A stretch of DNA of 64,000 nucleotides from Eledone cirrhosa. Lineage: Eukaryota. The stretch covers positions 294,500,001-294,564,000 of the forward strand of contig OZ024741.1 of NCBI GenBank assembly GCA_964016885.1, given 5' to 3'. Made by a program: the position numbers and the translations under genes. A model generated the notes under the pieces. The model did no database searches, was not told the DNA's origin, and saw only the letters and a program-made list of their open reading frames with translations. Position 1 is the stretch's first letter. Each line of letters begins with the position of its first letter. Positions 11,140 to 24,884 of the stretch are shown in pieces.

Positions 11140-11585
11140 TTTTCACAAACACACATTCACATTCACTCACTTACACAGACACTCACACATACACGGATAC
11201 ACATATACACAGACACATACACACAGACACACACACATGCACTCACACACTCACTCATACAGATACATACACAGACATACACTCGCAGACATACACACAC
11301 TCATGCACTGACACACGCACCCAAGTAGACACACATAGACACATTCATGCATTTACACACTCACTCATACTGATATGTGCAAACACACACACACAGTCAC
11401 ACACATAGACATACTCATGAAGATACATACACACATTCACACAGACATACATAGGCACACATAGACAGATTCAGGCATTCACACACTCATAAAGATATAA
11501 ACACAAGCACATACACACATACATACACAGATACATACATACACATGCATACAGTCGCACACACATACACACAGACTTACATGCA
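11140..11585. repeat. Degenerate (CA)-rich low-complexity tract
   Basis: Direct reading. Confidence 0.9.
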
Positions 11586-11999
11586 AATATATTGGCTATT
11601 TCAGGCAGCTGTTTCAAGCCCCATCCCCAAAATACTAATGTTGCTATATAGTAAATAAGCTAGAGTTTTCCAAAACGCAATTTACTTATTTTCGTAATCA
11701 CAAAAAAAACTTATTTGGTAAAAATATTTGCAGCTTCTAGATTTAGGGTGGAAAACCTTTTCATTACTTGGATTAAATTGCAAATACACATAAGAACTAT
11801 TGGGAGTGCATCTGTGTTGATATAAATAATTACTCTTTAATTTTATAAATGTTTAAGAATGCCTCATCATCATCATCATCATTTTTGTTGTTTTTACATC
11901 TGATTTCCAATGTTGGTATGGGATGGATAAGATATTTTTTTGGTAGAAATTCTGTGGTTGGATGCTCTTCCTGATGCCAACCCTTATTTGTTTTATCCT

Positions 12000-12330
12000 G
12001 TACCATACAAAATATGTTGATTAGACAGTACTGCACCATACAATACACCTTGACAGACAGTACTGCATCATACAATACACCTTGATATACAGTACTGCAT
12101 CATACAACATATCTTGATATACAGTACAGTACTATACAATACACCTTGATATACAGTACTACACATACAATATATCTTGATATACAGTATTGCACAATAC
12201 AACATATGTTGATATACATTACTGTACCATACAACATATCTTGATATACAGTACTGCACGATACAACATATGTTGATATACAATATTGTACTGTACAAGA
12301 CACCTTGACATACAGTACTGCATGATACAG
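12000..12330. repeat. Minisatellite, unit about 32 bp
   Basis: TACAGTACTGCACCATACAACATATCTTGATA repeated about 10 times. Confidence 0.9.
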
Positions 12331-12379
12331 TAAATGGTGATACCACACTCTGTTTTAGTTCGTTTTCTTCTTCTTCACT

Positions 12380-12690
12380 CACTTTTATTCCTGAAAGGGT
12401 CACAGGGGCAGAGTCCTTAAACCCTACTTCCAGGAGGACCTGTCAGAAGCAGCCATTTTCAACTGATCTAGCTGGATCCCCAAGCATGACCAGTCGAGCT
12501 CATGGATGTTATTCAACCATCTTGCTTGAGGTCTACTCCTGGGTCTCCTACCAATTGGTTTTTGCCCCTAAAATCTGTCCAGTGATTCTTTCCTGAGACT
12601 CTCTAACCCCATGTCTGTAGTACCAGAGCTGTGATCATTCAAGTTGGAGAAGAAGTGTCTCTACCAAGAGCGACTCTTTGATCTCCAAGC
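12380..12690 (-). mobile_element. Decayed RTE LINE 3' fragment
   Basis: Minus strand resembles the RTE C-terminus (LLLQLE.SQLWYY.HG..GRRPRSRP-like); related piece at 19030-19200. Confidence 0.6.
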
Positions 12691-13937
12691 TATACATTTG
12701 CTGTTTTAGTTAATTTTGAAAATAATCAAAAATTTGGAGTGATTTAATAAAATAACTTTTTCATTAGTAAATTATTGTTTGGAATATCAACAAGTTCTGA
12801 GATATAATTCTGATGGAAGGTTTTAATAAAAGTATAAACACTTTATAATGGGTAGTTTTGTATGATAGAGCCAGCAGTAGTTTAAGGTGCATTGGTATTA
12901 AAGATTCCTTCCTAACTTTTGTAAGTACCTGCGATTTGATTGCTGAATTGTTTAAATGACATCAAGATTTTTTATACCAAACTACCTGAAACTGCTCCTG
13001 ACTTTATGATACAAAAGTGCTTGTAAAGTGTTTATACTTCTCTAAAACCCTTCCATCATAATTTCATGTTAGAACCTTTGCTAAGTTATGCTCCAAACAC
13101 TAAATTAATAACAAGAAAATTAGTTATTTTATTAAATCTCTCTATATACTTGATTATTTTCGAAACAATTTGAAAAAATCTTAAGAAGTGACTTTCATTA
13201 GAAATATAGTAACAAAAAGGTTAAAGTGTTTATATTTATCTAAAAACCATCCATCATAATTTCATATAAGAACCTTTGTTAAGTTATGCTCCAAACACTA
13301 ACCCAGGGCAGTAGTATCTGTCACGGTTCCATCTATGGGTTAAATAATCTTTGTGGCAAGCCATGCTGGACAGGCTCGACGTGCCAAAACCCTGCAACTA
13401 TGGATATGTTTTGTAGCATCCAACAATCATGCCACAGCCTGTGTAACTACCCCCATGCCTCCAAGGAAGGCTTTTGAACCAGAGACTAGAATGAGGAACC
13501 TCTGATGTAAAAACCCATGACAAGGGACCTCATTGTCACCATCCCAGGTTACTAGGCCATGACAGACGAACCCCTGGCGTAGAGGGTGGGATCAGTTCAG
13601 CACACACTGCACTTCCCCTAAAATCTCCACTGCATAGGCTCAAAGAAAACATCTACGAGCACTAACCCATCCAAACCCTTTAGTAATACGAAAGGGGCAA
13701 AATTTGCAGGTGTAAGATGACTGGCAGCCACAGTCCCAATCCAGCATGCAAACTGTAAGTAAAATATAAATGCATTGCTGTGTGTTTTCCATATTTTAGA
13801 ATAGATACACTGTTTCTTTGCATATCATAAAAAAACAAATGAATGGGTTGGCACCACGAAAGGCATCCAACCATAAAACACTGCCTATAAAATCACACCC
13901 AACTTATGCCATTATTGAAAAACCAACATTAAAAAAT

Positions 13938-14210
13938 GATGATGATGATGATGATGACGAGCTGATGGGAGTGATGGCAAAGGTAGTGGTGGTGATGGTG
14001 ATGGCAGAGGTGATGGTGGTGATGATGATGAGGGGAGGGTAATTGCAAAGGTGTGTGGTGGTGAGGGGGGGCAGAGGTGGTTGTGATGATGGTGGTGATG
14101 GCAGAGGTCTGTGGTGGTGGTGGTGGTGGTGGTGATGGCAGAGGTGGTGGTGGTGGTGGCAGAGGAGGTGGTGGTGGTGGTGGTGATGGTGATGGCGATG
14201 ACGATGATAC
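13938..14210. repeat. (GAT)/(GGT)n trinucleotide low-complexity tract
   Basis: Direct reading; source of the poly-V and poly-H ORFs. Confidence 0.9.
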
Positions 14211-14495
14211 CTCATTTCACTGAGATGGTAAGATTAGTTATCAGATCATTTGGTAATATAACCTGTGATAGGCTATCTTTTATCTTTTTTTATTAGATTT
14301 TATTTCGATTCTTTGGCTTTTTCCATCAGGATACTTATCTGTAATCTACTTTGTACCATAACACCACCGGGACCGGAACTATGGACTGGCTATTGAATTA
14401 TCCTTAGAACTTAGTGAGGACATTACATTTGCCATTTCTGTTTGGGTTGTTTATGTATCAGTTGACAGTTTATGTATAATAGACAGTGACACAGT

Positions 14496-14689
14496 AATAA
14501 TTGTTTCTACTTTTTGGCACAAGGCCAGTAAATACCCAGTACATTACTGGTACTTTATTTTATCAACCCCGTAAGGATGAAAGGCAAAATCAACCTCGGC
14601 GAGATTTGAACTCAGAATGGCAAGGGCCGTAACTCTATGCATCATAGCATGGCGTCCGACCCTCTACCGATACTGCCAATTCACCCACC
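14496..14689 (-). mobile_element. Nin/Deu-like tRNA SINE
   Basis: Same family as 8643-8827. Confidence 0.9.
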
Positions 14690-14779
14690 TTTGATAAACA
14701 TGAAGTTTGCTACACCACACCATTATTACCAAGATGGAAGTTATACAATTCTAAACCATCCCACCCCACAAGCCTGCAA

Positions 14780-15300
14780 TCTTCACAATCACCTACAATA
14801 TAGCTACCATCACTCACCATCACCGCCTCCATCGTCACCACCACTGCCATCATCATCAGCACTACTGCCACCATCATCAACACTACAATTACCATTATCG
14901 TCACCACCATCATCCCCAATGCAATTACCATCATCCACCATCACCATTATCACTACAGGTACTACCAGCACCATCACCATCACTGCAACTAAATCCTCAC
15001 CATAGGTTTTACCAGCACCATTATAACACCAGCATCACCACCACATCAAGCACGAACATTATCAATCAACTATCAGTACTATCATTGTCTCCATCTTTAC
15101 CACAACCATTACCACCACCTCTGCCATCACCTCCATCACTACCACCACCTCTGCTATCACCATCACCACCACAAACACCAAAAATGTTACCTGACTTCTG
15201 GTATCATTATTGTCATCACCAGCACCACATCTACCACTACCAATACTATCACCAGCATTACCACCACCACCACCTCTACCATCACCACCACCATGACTAT
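14780..15300. repeat. (CAC)/(CAT)n low-complexity tract
   Basis: Direct reading. Confidence 0.9.
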
Positions 15301-15679
15301 CAGAATTAAACTCAATAATAACAAAATTTAACAACAGTAACAACAACAATCAACTTTACAAGTTATACTTGATATTTGATCAAATTTATATGTTTTTAGT
15401 TGTAATTAAAAATAAATTATAAAAAAAACTATAAAACATTGTCAAATGCTTAATAATGTGATATGTTGATAGCCAATACTTTGATACTTGGAAAATTCAA
15501 CCAGATTATCTGCCACAAACAATTTATCCCTGAAGAATACTAAATATCAGTTACCTGTCTATGATTTATTCTCCTTCTGTAAATATCCAGTGTTTTCTCA
15601 GAGGCTCCATGTGATATCACTGACATGACAGTGGATATATGAAGATAGCAATGTAAGATTATTATCATTATTATTATTA

Positions 15680-15906
15680 TGGATTGGCAGTATTGCTAGA
15701 GCATCGGGCACTATGCTTTGCAGCATAGAGTTACGTGCCTTTACATTCTGAGTTCTAATCCTGCCAAGGTTAGCTTTACCTTTCAACCTTACGGGAGGGG
15801 GGGGGGGTCGATAAAATAAAGTACCAGTAATGCACTAGGGTCAATTTAATTGACTTCCCCTTCCCCAAAAATTGCTGGCCTTGTGCCTATATAAGAAACC
15901 ATTATT
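15680..15906 (+). mobile_element. Nin/Deu-like tRNA SINE (longer 3' variant)
   Basis: Family core plus GGTCAATTTAATTGACTTCCCC..AAAATTGCTGGCCTTGTGCC. Confidence 0.85.
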
Positions 15907-16139
15907 TGTAGTAAGGTGGTGGATTGGCAGAATCAGAGCATTATTAGCCTTGTAGTATTTTTTCAAGCAGTTCAAATCTCACCAAGGAATATAGAATAAA
16001 GTATCAGTCGAATACTGAAGTTGGTATACTAGAGTATCTTCAAATTGCTAACCTTGAACCTAAATCAAAAACCCTTATTATTACTAATACCATTCCATTC
16101 CATTTCAACAAGCAGATCTAATGTTAATTATTATGCTGA

Positions 16140-16620
16140 GAGAGTGAGAATCCAAAGGGCTCTCAGATTTTTTCTTCACTTATGTTCCAAAAACCTTCCT
16201 CGGAATTCCAGCTATTCCTAATATTGCTGTCTTTTGCAGAAGTTCCGTACTGATCTTGATTCCAGATTTCACACTCCATGTTCTTTTTGTTGTCACTGTC
16301 CCTCACATACCCACCAATACTGGTGTGCCTTTAACCTTTTTTCATGACCCATATTTTGTTTCTCTCTCTCCAGGTTTTAGTACCACTAAACCTTATCTTT
16401 TTCCTTTTCACATATACTTTTATCCTATTAATTTTGCAACATCAGTTATCTAACACAGTCTTTCCCCTTTATCTACAATAACAATATCAGTTTCTCTCCC
16501 TCCTAAGTATTTCATGATCACATTGTATGTAAGTACCAAACTAGATTCACTTCTGACTTTACCACTGTCATGGCTGTCTTCATACCATTTTTCTGCTCAG
16601 CTTATAATTTTGACACAGCT
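16140..16620 (-). mobile_element. Decayed RLE-type (R4/Dong-like) LINE 3' end
   Basis: Minus strand ends ELLQKTAILGIAGIPRKVFGT*, the typical LQK..LG...I.RKV terminus. Confidence 0.65.
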
Positions 16621-16701
16621 TCAACTGCACGCTTTTGGCAGTGTTATCATATCTTTGTTGGAATTCCTTATCATTATCATTATTATTTTTTTTCAATGGA
16701 A

Positions 16702-16890
16702 GGGCGGTGGATTGGCAGTATCGGTAGAGGGTCGGACGCCATGCTTTCCAGCATAGTTACGTCCCTTTACGATCTGAGTTCAAATCCCGCCGAGGTTGAC
16801 TTTGCCTTTCATCCTTACGGGGTCAATAAAATAAAGTACCAGTAATGCACTGGGTAATTGCTGGCTTTGTGCCTAAAGTAGAAACAATTA
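16702..16890 (+). mobile_element. Full-length Nin/Deu-like tRNA SINE
   Basis: GGGCGGTGGATTGGCAGTATCGGTAGAGGGTCGGAC head to GTAGAAACAATT tail; TSD TATTATTTTTTT(T)CAATG. Confidence 0.9.
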
Positions 16891-17769
16891 TTATTTTTTT
16901 CAATGAAGTATTAAAGTAATTATATTACAGACACTTCAGAATATGTATAATCATTATCATTTTTATTTTTCAAAATTCCTTATTCTTGTCCCTTCTTTTT
17001 CTTCTCAATAACTCTCCACATTCACAAGAAAAAGACCAACACAATCAAGATGTCTGCTACAACACAATTCTCTAATCTGACTTGATAGAAAAAAATTGAC
17101 ATTTTTCTTTCAAATATTTCAAAGAACTTTACATTAGTTCCACTGAAAAATATTTCTTTTTTCACCCCCACTTCATAAATGTACATTTAATGGGTGAATT
17201 CCTTCATTTCTTTTTGTTATTTCTGTTTCACTGTCAAAAAATATAAAGGAACACCATATTAGCAATGTTCCAGGGTTGATGTTTGTTTTGTTTTTGTAAA
17301 TTATTGATGTCTTTGTGTGTGTGTTTGTCTGTCAGTATGTGTATGTATGGGAGTATATGGATGTGTTAGTGCATGTATGTTTGTCTGTATCTGTATGTGC
17401 CTGTGTGTTTATGTGAATGTGCAAGTGTATATGTGTTAGTGTGAGTGTATGTTTATGTGGATGTGCAAGTGTATATATGTAGTCTGTCTATGTATGGGTG
17501 AAAATGTTGAAAATGCAAGTATATGTTAGTGTTTGTATTTTGTGTGTGTATGTGTTTGCAAATGTGTTAGTATATGTGGAAGCATTAGTGTGTGTTTGTT
17601 TGCATTTGTGTGCATGTCTGTGTATGTGTCAATGTCTACAAGTATGAGTTAGTGTGTATGTGTATGTTTGCATCTTACTAAATAAAATGTATGAAAACTT
17701 TCGTAATTTTCTCTTATTTTTGTGGTTTGTTTTAGTTTTTACTTTCATTACAAGACAAGATATGCTGGC

Positions 17770-17770
<1 letters not shown>

Positions 17771-17807
<37 letters not shown>

Positions 17808-17830
17808 CGATGATGATGATGATGATGATG
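17771..17830. repeat. (AAT)n(GAT)n compound microsatellite
   Basis: Direct reading. Confidence 0.95.
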
Positions 17831-19499
17831 ATACAGCTACAACAATACATATATTGGGCTCTTTTTCCTCATTCAAGCAATTACATACTATTGTTCTCTG
17901 CGATAGAGACTTGTAATATTGTTCTTGACATAATGATTGATAGGTGTCAGTGAATGACAATGACAAAAAGAAAGAAGATTGTAACAAAAAATAATATATG
18001 AATAAATCAACATTTCTTTTCTGTAATGATCATGTGCTAAAGTGAGTTGTTGTCATCATCAACAACATCATCATCATTGACATCATCATTGTCATCATTT
18101 TTATCAGTGTATATATTGTGATTGAGTAACAACCAAATTGCTAGATATGATATAACAACAACAAAAATCATATCAACAGATTTCTAATTACCAGCAATAC
18201 ATAAACTGTAAGTAGTGATAGTAGCAGTAGTAGTAATAGTAGCAGTAGTGGTGGTGGTGATGGTGTTGATAGCAGTAATTGTTGTGGTGATGGTATGTAC
18301 TGCTACTGTTGCTGGTATTGGTGGTACCTGTCTTCCCTATCCTGTATCTACAAAACTCAAATTGCAAAAGATACATACATCATACATGCTTATATGTGTG
18401 CATGTGTGGATATGTATTTGTATATATACACATATGTAGATACTGAGTAAAATTGGGGGTAACCACAGTTAAAAAGGCACTCATTCCTGATGATGTCATA
18501 TGAATGAAATAGTTCTAGTCCTGTAGAAGCTCTTTCTATATATGTGTGTGTGTGTGTGTGTGTGCGTTAGTGAGAGACCCTTAGTTCTTGTAAGGACATC
18601 ATGTTAGGAGAAGGAAAACTCTGATGGGAAACCTGAGACTGGATGGCAGCCAATGATGTTGGCCTATTCTTCTTTTTGGATACCTGTCACTCTTATTCAG
18701 AAAGTGAGATTGGTCCAGTGCAAGTCCTTACTTCACTAAAAAAGCTTCAAGCATAGGCATCATTTTATTTAAATGACTTTCCTGTGTGTTTTGTGAGCAT
18801 GACTTTTTTTTTCATTACAGCATGTTTGTGTCACCCATATATGAGAAACCGAGATGTAGCCATTATATATTTGATGGGTTTCTACACAGTGTCTCTCTAC
18901 TAATTTCCATTAACATTCAGTTACATTGATCCATCCAACGATATTGTAAAGGACACTTGCTTTAGGTGCCATGCAATGTATCAAACCCTGAAACACATGG
19001 TTGAATAACAAACTTCTAAACGGCACACACATGCCTTGCTTGGGGTCTACCCCTGGGTCTTCTGCAGGTTGGTTTTGCCTGTAAAATCTGTCTAGCGATT
19101 CTTTCCTGGGACATTCTAACCACATGCCCATAGTATTGGAGCTGTGATCTCTAAATTCAGAGAAGTAGCGGCTCTACCTGGAGCAACTCTCTGAGCTACA
19201 CACTCAATCGAGTATCATTACTCCAAAGACCCTTTTGGGGAACCCCATTTCAATCACTTGTTCATATCTAAATTTGATTCAGTTTATTAGAGGTTTGACT
19301 AAGAAGTTCATGTCACAGTTACATGGTTTCAGGATCTGTAGTCATGTGGTACTTTGAGCAAATGTCTTTTACCATAGCCTTTGGGTAAATAACTACTTGT
19401 AACTCAAAGGGCCAGCTGTATCACACTGTGTCTCATTAATTCTGTCTGAGAATTATGTTAGTTCTACAAATGTCCGTGGAATACTAATCCACTTATATT

Positions 19500-20117
19500 A
19501 TAATACCTAAAGCACCCATTCCACCTTGTAATGTGGTTGTGTTGGTGACACAACAAAAAGCACCCAGTCTGCCTTGTAATGTGGTTAGGTTAGTGACAGG
19601 ACAAAAAGCACTCAGTCCAATGTCTCAGTCATTTTGGTGCCATGTCAAAAAACGGCCAGTCCACACTATAATGTGGTCGTGTTGGTGACACCCCAAAAAG
19701 TGCCCTCTCCACCCTGTAATGTGGTTGTGCTGGTAACATGACAAATAGCACCCTGTCCAACCTGTCAGTGGGTCATTTTGGTGCCATGATAAAAAGCACC
19801 CATTCCACCCTGTAAATGTGCTTGGTGTTAGGAAGGGCATCCAGCTATAGAAACCAAGCCAGAAACAGTTCTGTATGAGTGAGACACAGTCATCTGATCT
19901 GATTTGGCTCACAATGTGACAACTCATCTAACCCATTCTAGCATGGAAAAATAGACATTAAACGGTGGGGATGATGATACATACACACCAGAAACAGTTC
20001 TATATGTGAAAGACATGGTCATCTGATCTGACTTGACTTACAATAGGACAACTCATTTAACCCATGCTAGCATTGAAAAATGGACATTAAACTGTGATGA
20101 TAATGATGATGATGACG
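19500..20117 (+). mobile_element. RTE-tailed SINE-like repeat with internal ~46-bp tandem amplification and duplicated 3' end
   Basis: AAAAAGCACCCAGTCCACCCTGTAATGTGG units, then GTTAGGAAGGGCATCCAGC..AACCCAT..AGCATGGAAAA..GACATTAAA-(GAT)n twice; relatives at 11866-11985(-), 13845-13957, 24630-24790, 29040-29187, 52280-52455. Confidence 0.7.
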
Positions 20118-20364
20118 ACTATTCCTGTAAGTCAGAAGTCTAAACATGTAACATTGTCTTATGTTGATTCTACCTGAAAATTCCATTAACAATACAGAAG
20201 AATACTGAGCCACTTAGACTATAGTGCAAGATGGATTGTGTCAGGAATTCTGAGGTCAAGCTTTGCACACTCTGTGACCTGTTGGTTCTTTCTGAGGATA
20301 ATATTAAGGATACAAGTATTTGTGGAAAATTCAGACAATTTATAATACAAAATCCTCACCATCA

Positions 20365-20660
20365 TTGCAACCACAATCAAACATTCTTAACGATGTCCCT
20401 CCACAATTCATGATTTTCCATTGCTCCTGGAAATTGCTCTCTACTGAGGTTTGTATCATCTGAGAGTTGATCGATGAATATTCGAACAGGTCTTCTACTA
20501 CTACGTCTCCCATGATTTGGTTCTCACAATAGTAGCTTGTGTATAACCTCCTGATTACTTTTCCAACAGTCCTGAAAATTGTAACTGTCTTTGAGCCTTT
20601 GTAGTTTTCTTGGGCAAGTTTCTATAAAAAGTCTTATTTGTTATACATTGATGCCAGTTT
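20365..20660 (-). mobile_element. Decayed RTE/RTE-X LINE 3' fragment
   Basis: Homologous to 10560-10850. Confidence 0.7.
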
Positions 20661-20720
20661 GTGTTTTATTCAACCTATGCATTTTAGTGAAATACAAAAT
20701 AATAGATATTATATTATTTA

Positions 20721-20910
20721 GGTGGTGGATTGGCAGAATTGGTAGTGTATCGGACACCATGCTTTGCAGCATAGAGTTACGGCCTTTTACGTTTTGAGTT
20801 CAAATCCCGCCAAGGTTAACTTTGCCTTTCATCCTTATGGGGTTGATAAAATAAAGTACCAATAATGCACTGGGGTAATTGCTGGCCTTGTGCCAAAAGT
20901 GGAAACAATT
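20721..20910 (+). mobile_element. Nin/Deu-like tRNA SINE
   Basis: Family head, core and tail; ATTATATTAT at both ends. Confidence 0.9.
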
Positions 20911-22310
20911 ATATTATAAGATGGAGTGAACCTGTAATTCAAAGAACCAATCTTGTCATACACTGTGTCATGTTGATTCAAGTATTCAAGTATCCTTGGA
21001 ATACTCAGCCATATATACTATAATTCTATAATACACCAGTGGATCAAAATCCTAGAATATTAAACATGGAAACAAAACAGAAATCAATTTTCATTTAATT
21101 ATGTGTGTAGTAGCTATCATCTGTGAAGGTACTTGGCTCAGTGATTAAGATGTTCATCTCATGATTGTCAGGTTGTAGGTTCAATTTTTAGCAGCACATT
21201 ATGTCTTTGAGCAAGGCACTTTATTTCACATTGCTCTAGTACGTATACTTACGCATCAATTTCACACACAGGCTGTTCCATTGTTCAAACAACTGGAACA
21301 TTTGTTGGAATCGATGAAGGTCTATATACACAAACACTCACACACACACTAACACACAGACACAAACACAGATACACACACATACTGTCACACAAACACA
21401 CACAAATACACACACACATACAAACACCGACACATGTTATATACACACACACACACACAAACACTGACACATACACACACAAACAAAGACACATACAGAA
21501 AGATACACAGAGTAGCCATCAGCACTCTTTCATCCAGCATAAGAACATTGTAATAGAAGTCTGTCAACAGAGACAGGACTAAGGTAGCTGAGAGAAAGAC
21601 CTTGTAAACTTCTCAATATTTCTGACAGCCTGATGGTATCAAAGCTATATATTCTGACATTCAATTAGACAAGATAACTTTACACTTGAAAGATTTTTAT
21701 CAAAACATTAAAAATCAAACAAAAACAACCATTATTGTTTGTTTGTTTTTGTGTAGTTTTATTCTTTTCTTTTACTTATGTTTTCTTTCCTTTTATTTTC
21801 TTTTATTTCATCTTTTCTGGAAGGAAGTCAGAAAAATGTTTATCTGAATTGTAAATATGGGATAAACATCAGAAATAGATAGACAGATAGATAGATAGTT
21901 AGCTAAACAGACAGATGACAGACAGAGAGACAGACAGATAGATAGACAGACAGTCAGACAGATAGATAGATAGATAGATAGTTACTGACAGACAGTGACA
22001 TATATATTAAGAAAAAGAAAAAGAGAGAGAAAGAGCATGATATGTGGGTGAGTGTTGGGTGTATAGAAATGTTTATAAAAGACATAAATCAGTAGTGCCA
22101 TAATTTCAGCTAGACATATTTTGGTATCAATCATATCAAAGTTGATTCCATTTTCTTGGAATTTTTCTGGAAGTTTTTCTGAGAAGGAAAACTTTTTGTC
22201 ATTTTTTTAATATATTGTTTTCCCATTCAGCTTATTTTCATTTTTCTAAAAGTAGGTTAAATATTCTTAGTAATCATAATACATTTTGTTTGTATTATTA
22301 TAGTGTTTCA

Positions 22311-22787
22311 GGTAGAGGATTGGCAGAATTGGTAAAGTGTCAGACACCATGCTTTGCAGCATAGACTTATGACCCTTTACGGTCTATGTTCAGATCCCAC
22401 CGAGGTTAGCTTTGCCTTTCCTCCTAATGAGGTCAATAAAATAAAGTACCAGTCACACACTGGGGATAATTTAACCCCCCCCCCCCCCCCCAGATCACTC
22501 CCTGTGTGCCTAAATCAGAAACCATTATTATTGTGTTTAGGGCAGTGGATTGGCAGTATCAGTAGAGTGTCAGACAACATGTTTCACTGCATAGTTATGG
22601 CCTTTTACATTCTGATTTCAAATCCCGCCAAGGTTAGCTTTGCCTTTCATCCTTATGGGTGTGATAAAACAAAATACCAGTAATGCACTGGGGTTGATAC
22701 AATGAAATATCAGTGATGCACTGGGGTTGATTTAATCGACTTTCCTTCCCCCAAAATTGTTGGCCTAAATCAGAAACCATTATTATT
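22311..22787 (+). mobile_element. Two tandem Nin/Deu-like SINE copies
   Basis: Family head and core at 22311-22532 and 22541-22787. Confidence 0.85.
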
Positions 22788-22902
22788 AGTTTGTTTGGCA
22801 GTAATATTGGCAGTGGTATTTGTTTATATTCCTCATAAACAGACATCACACAGCTTATTGGTTAGAGGTGCAAATATCTTACCTTATTATAAAAAAAAAA
22901 CT

Positions 22903-23098
22903 AATAATAATTGTTTCTATTTTAGGCACAAGGCCAGCAATTACCCAATACATTACTGGTACTTTATTTTATCGACCCCGTAAAGATGAAAGGCAAAGTT
23001 AACCTCGGCGGGATTTGAACTCAGATCATAAAGAGTTACGTCCCTTTATGATCTGAGTTGAAATCCCGCCGAGGTTAACTTTGCCTTTCATCTTTACG
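22903..23098 (-). mobile_element. Nin/Deu-like SINE folded back into a 55-bp hairpin
   Basis: Arms 22979-23033 / 23044-23098 with one mismatch. Confidence 0.9.
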
Positions 23099-24842
23099 TG
23101 ATATCTGTTTATGAGGAATATAAACAAATACCACTGCCAACATTAGTAATGTCAAAAAAGAAACAAATACATACTTATGCACATATATCTATATACATTG
23201 TCCTTATCATCAGCATTTTACACCTGTTTTTATTGCTAAGATGGGGTGGACGAGTTGTCACAGTTCAAGACAGATTGTGTTGGTGAATATTTTGCTCCTG
23301 TGTTCCATTTTTGAGGTGGTTTCTATAGCTCGATACACTTTCTAATGACAATTATTTTACCAAGCATACTAGGTGCAATTTCTCAATGGATTCCTGCATA
23401 GTTTCCACTTACTAAATTCTTTCACAAAATATCGGAGAATTCAAAAGTAGAAGACATTTGCCTATGGTGCCATGTTGTTGGATTGAGTGCCAAACCACAT
23501 GGTTGCAAAGTAAACATGTTAACTACAAACATCCACACATATATATTCTTGCTATATACACCCATATATATATATATATACAATCCAGAGCCTGTTGGAG
23601 GAAACTCACCCTAGTTGACTTCCATCACTTTCTGTTTGGTTTTGATTATCAGAAGTGTCGCCATACTCTCCATGCTTGGCCAATTGTGGATTGCTGTGGC
23701 TATTTAACTCAAGAGTGTATATAACAAGAATATGTGAATCAGTCATGGTTCCTCCTAGATTTCCATGTTAGCGTGGGTTGGATGAAGAAGGCAAGAGTAT
23801 ATTGGCAGGTGATAACCTGAGACTGTTCCTTCACTCTGCTTCTTCAGGTTTAGAGTGGAGATGGGGAGGTCAGGAGCATGCTGGCAGGGATATATATTTA
23901 TATTTATTTATTATCATCATCATCATTGTTTAATGCTCACTTCCCTATATATATACATAAACATACATATTACTTATATTCATACATACACACATTCTAA
24001 GCATGCTACAGCTGCTTAGAGTCAGAAAGACTGGATAGTCAACACCATGAAGAGACAATAGACTCAAGTGTTCATTTTTTTGTATAATAGAACAGTTAAA
24101 CTACTGCAATTGTCTGAAAGGATGGCAGAAGAGTTAGAATCAGATAATAGGAGAGATAAATAGATGGAATAATAAATAGATATATGAATGAATGGATATA
24201 TGAATGAATGAATAAATATATAGATAATGTGGCTGGATTCTAGACTCAAGCAATTTATGGATGAATAAATAATAATATTTGTAGGAAGCTACAATTGCTT
24301 AACATCAGATATGTTGGACACAAGTGAGGGTGTGAAGACAATAGGAATTAGAGTTCAAATATATATATGTATGTGTGTGTGAGTGTATGTGTGTCCATGT
24401 ATATATATATATATACACGCACATTAAATTATGTTAGCTTATTGTATGCTGCGACAATGCAGGCTTAAATAAGAGTTGACCTGAAAAGTCTAAAGACTGT
24501 CTCACATCTGGAGGCTAATGAGGCTGGTACTTATCCCGGTTTCCGTGGCTTGAAGTAACTGAGAGTTCAAGATTCCCCCTGGACACCAGTCCATCACAGT
24601 GTTAAGCCCCCAGCTGCTGCTTGGTGCCATGATAAAAAGCACCCAGTCCACACTGTAAAAGGATTGGTGTTAGGAAGGACATTCAACCACAGAAACCAAA
24701 CCAAAATACAGATCCATATGAGCAAAACTTAGTCTCTGGACCTGACTTGTCTCATAATGTGACAACCTGTCTACTCCCCAAGAGCATCGAGTGCTCATCT
24801 TGGCATTCTGCCTGTGAATGCAATCCAATTGCACCTCTACTA

Positions 24843-24884
<42 letters not shown>

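Noticed and set aside
4260-12330. Minisatellites (4260-4860, 5010-5460, 12000-12330) as CRISPR-like arrays
   Set aside because: Head-to-tail degenerate units without unique spacers, in a eukaryotic context with no cas genes.
16702-16790. tRNA gene
   Set aside because: The tRNA-like A and B boxes are the head of a multi-copy SINE with core, tail and TSD; no full cloverleaf.
18481-18525. CTGATGA-TGTCATATGAAT-GAAA-TAGTTCTAGTC possible hammerhead; upstream sequence relates to 56770-56800
   Set aside because: Core words are present but no stem I partner follows the putative cleavage site; too degenerate to call.
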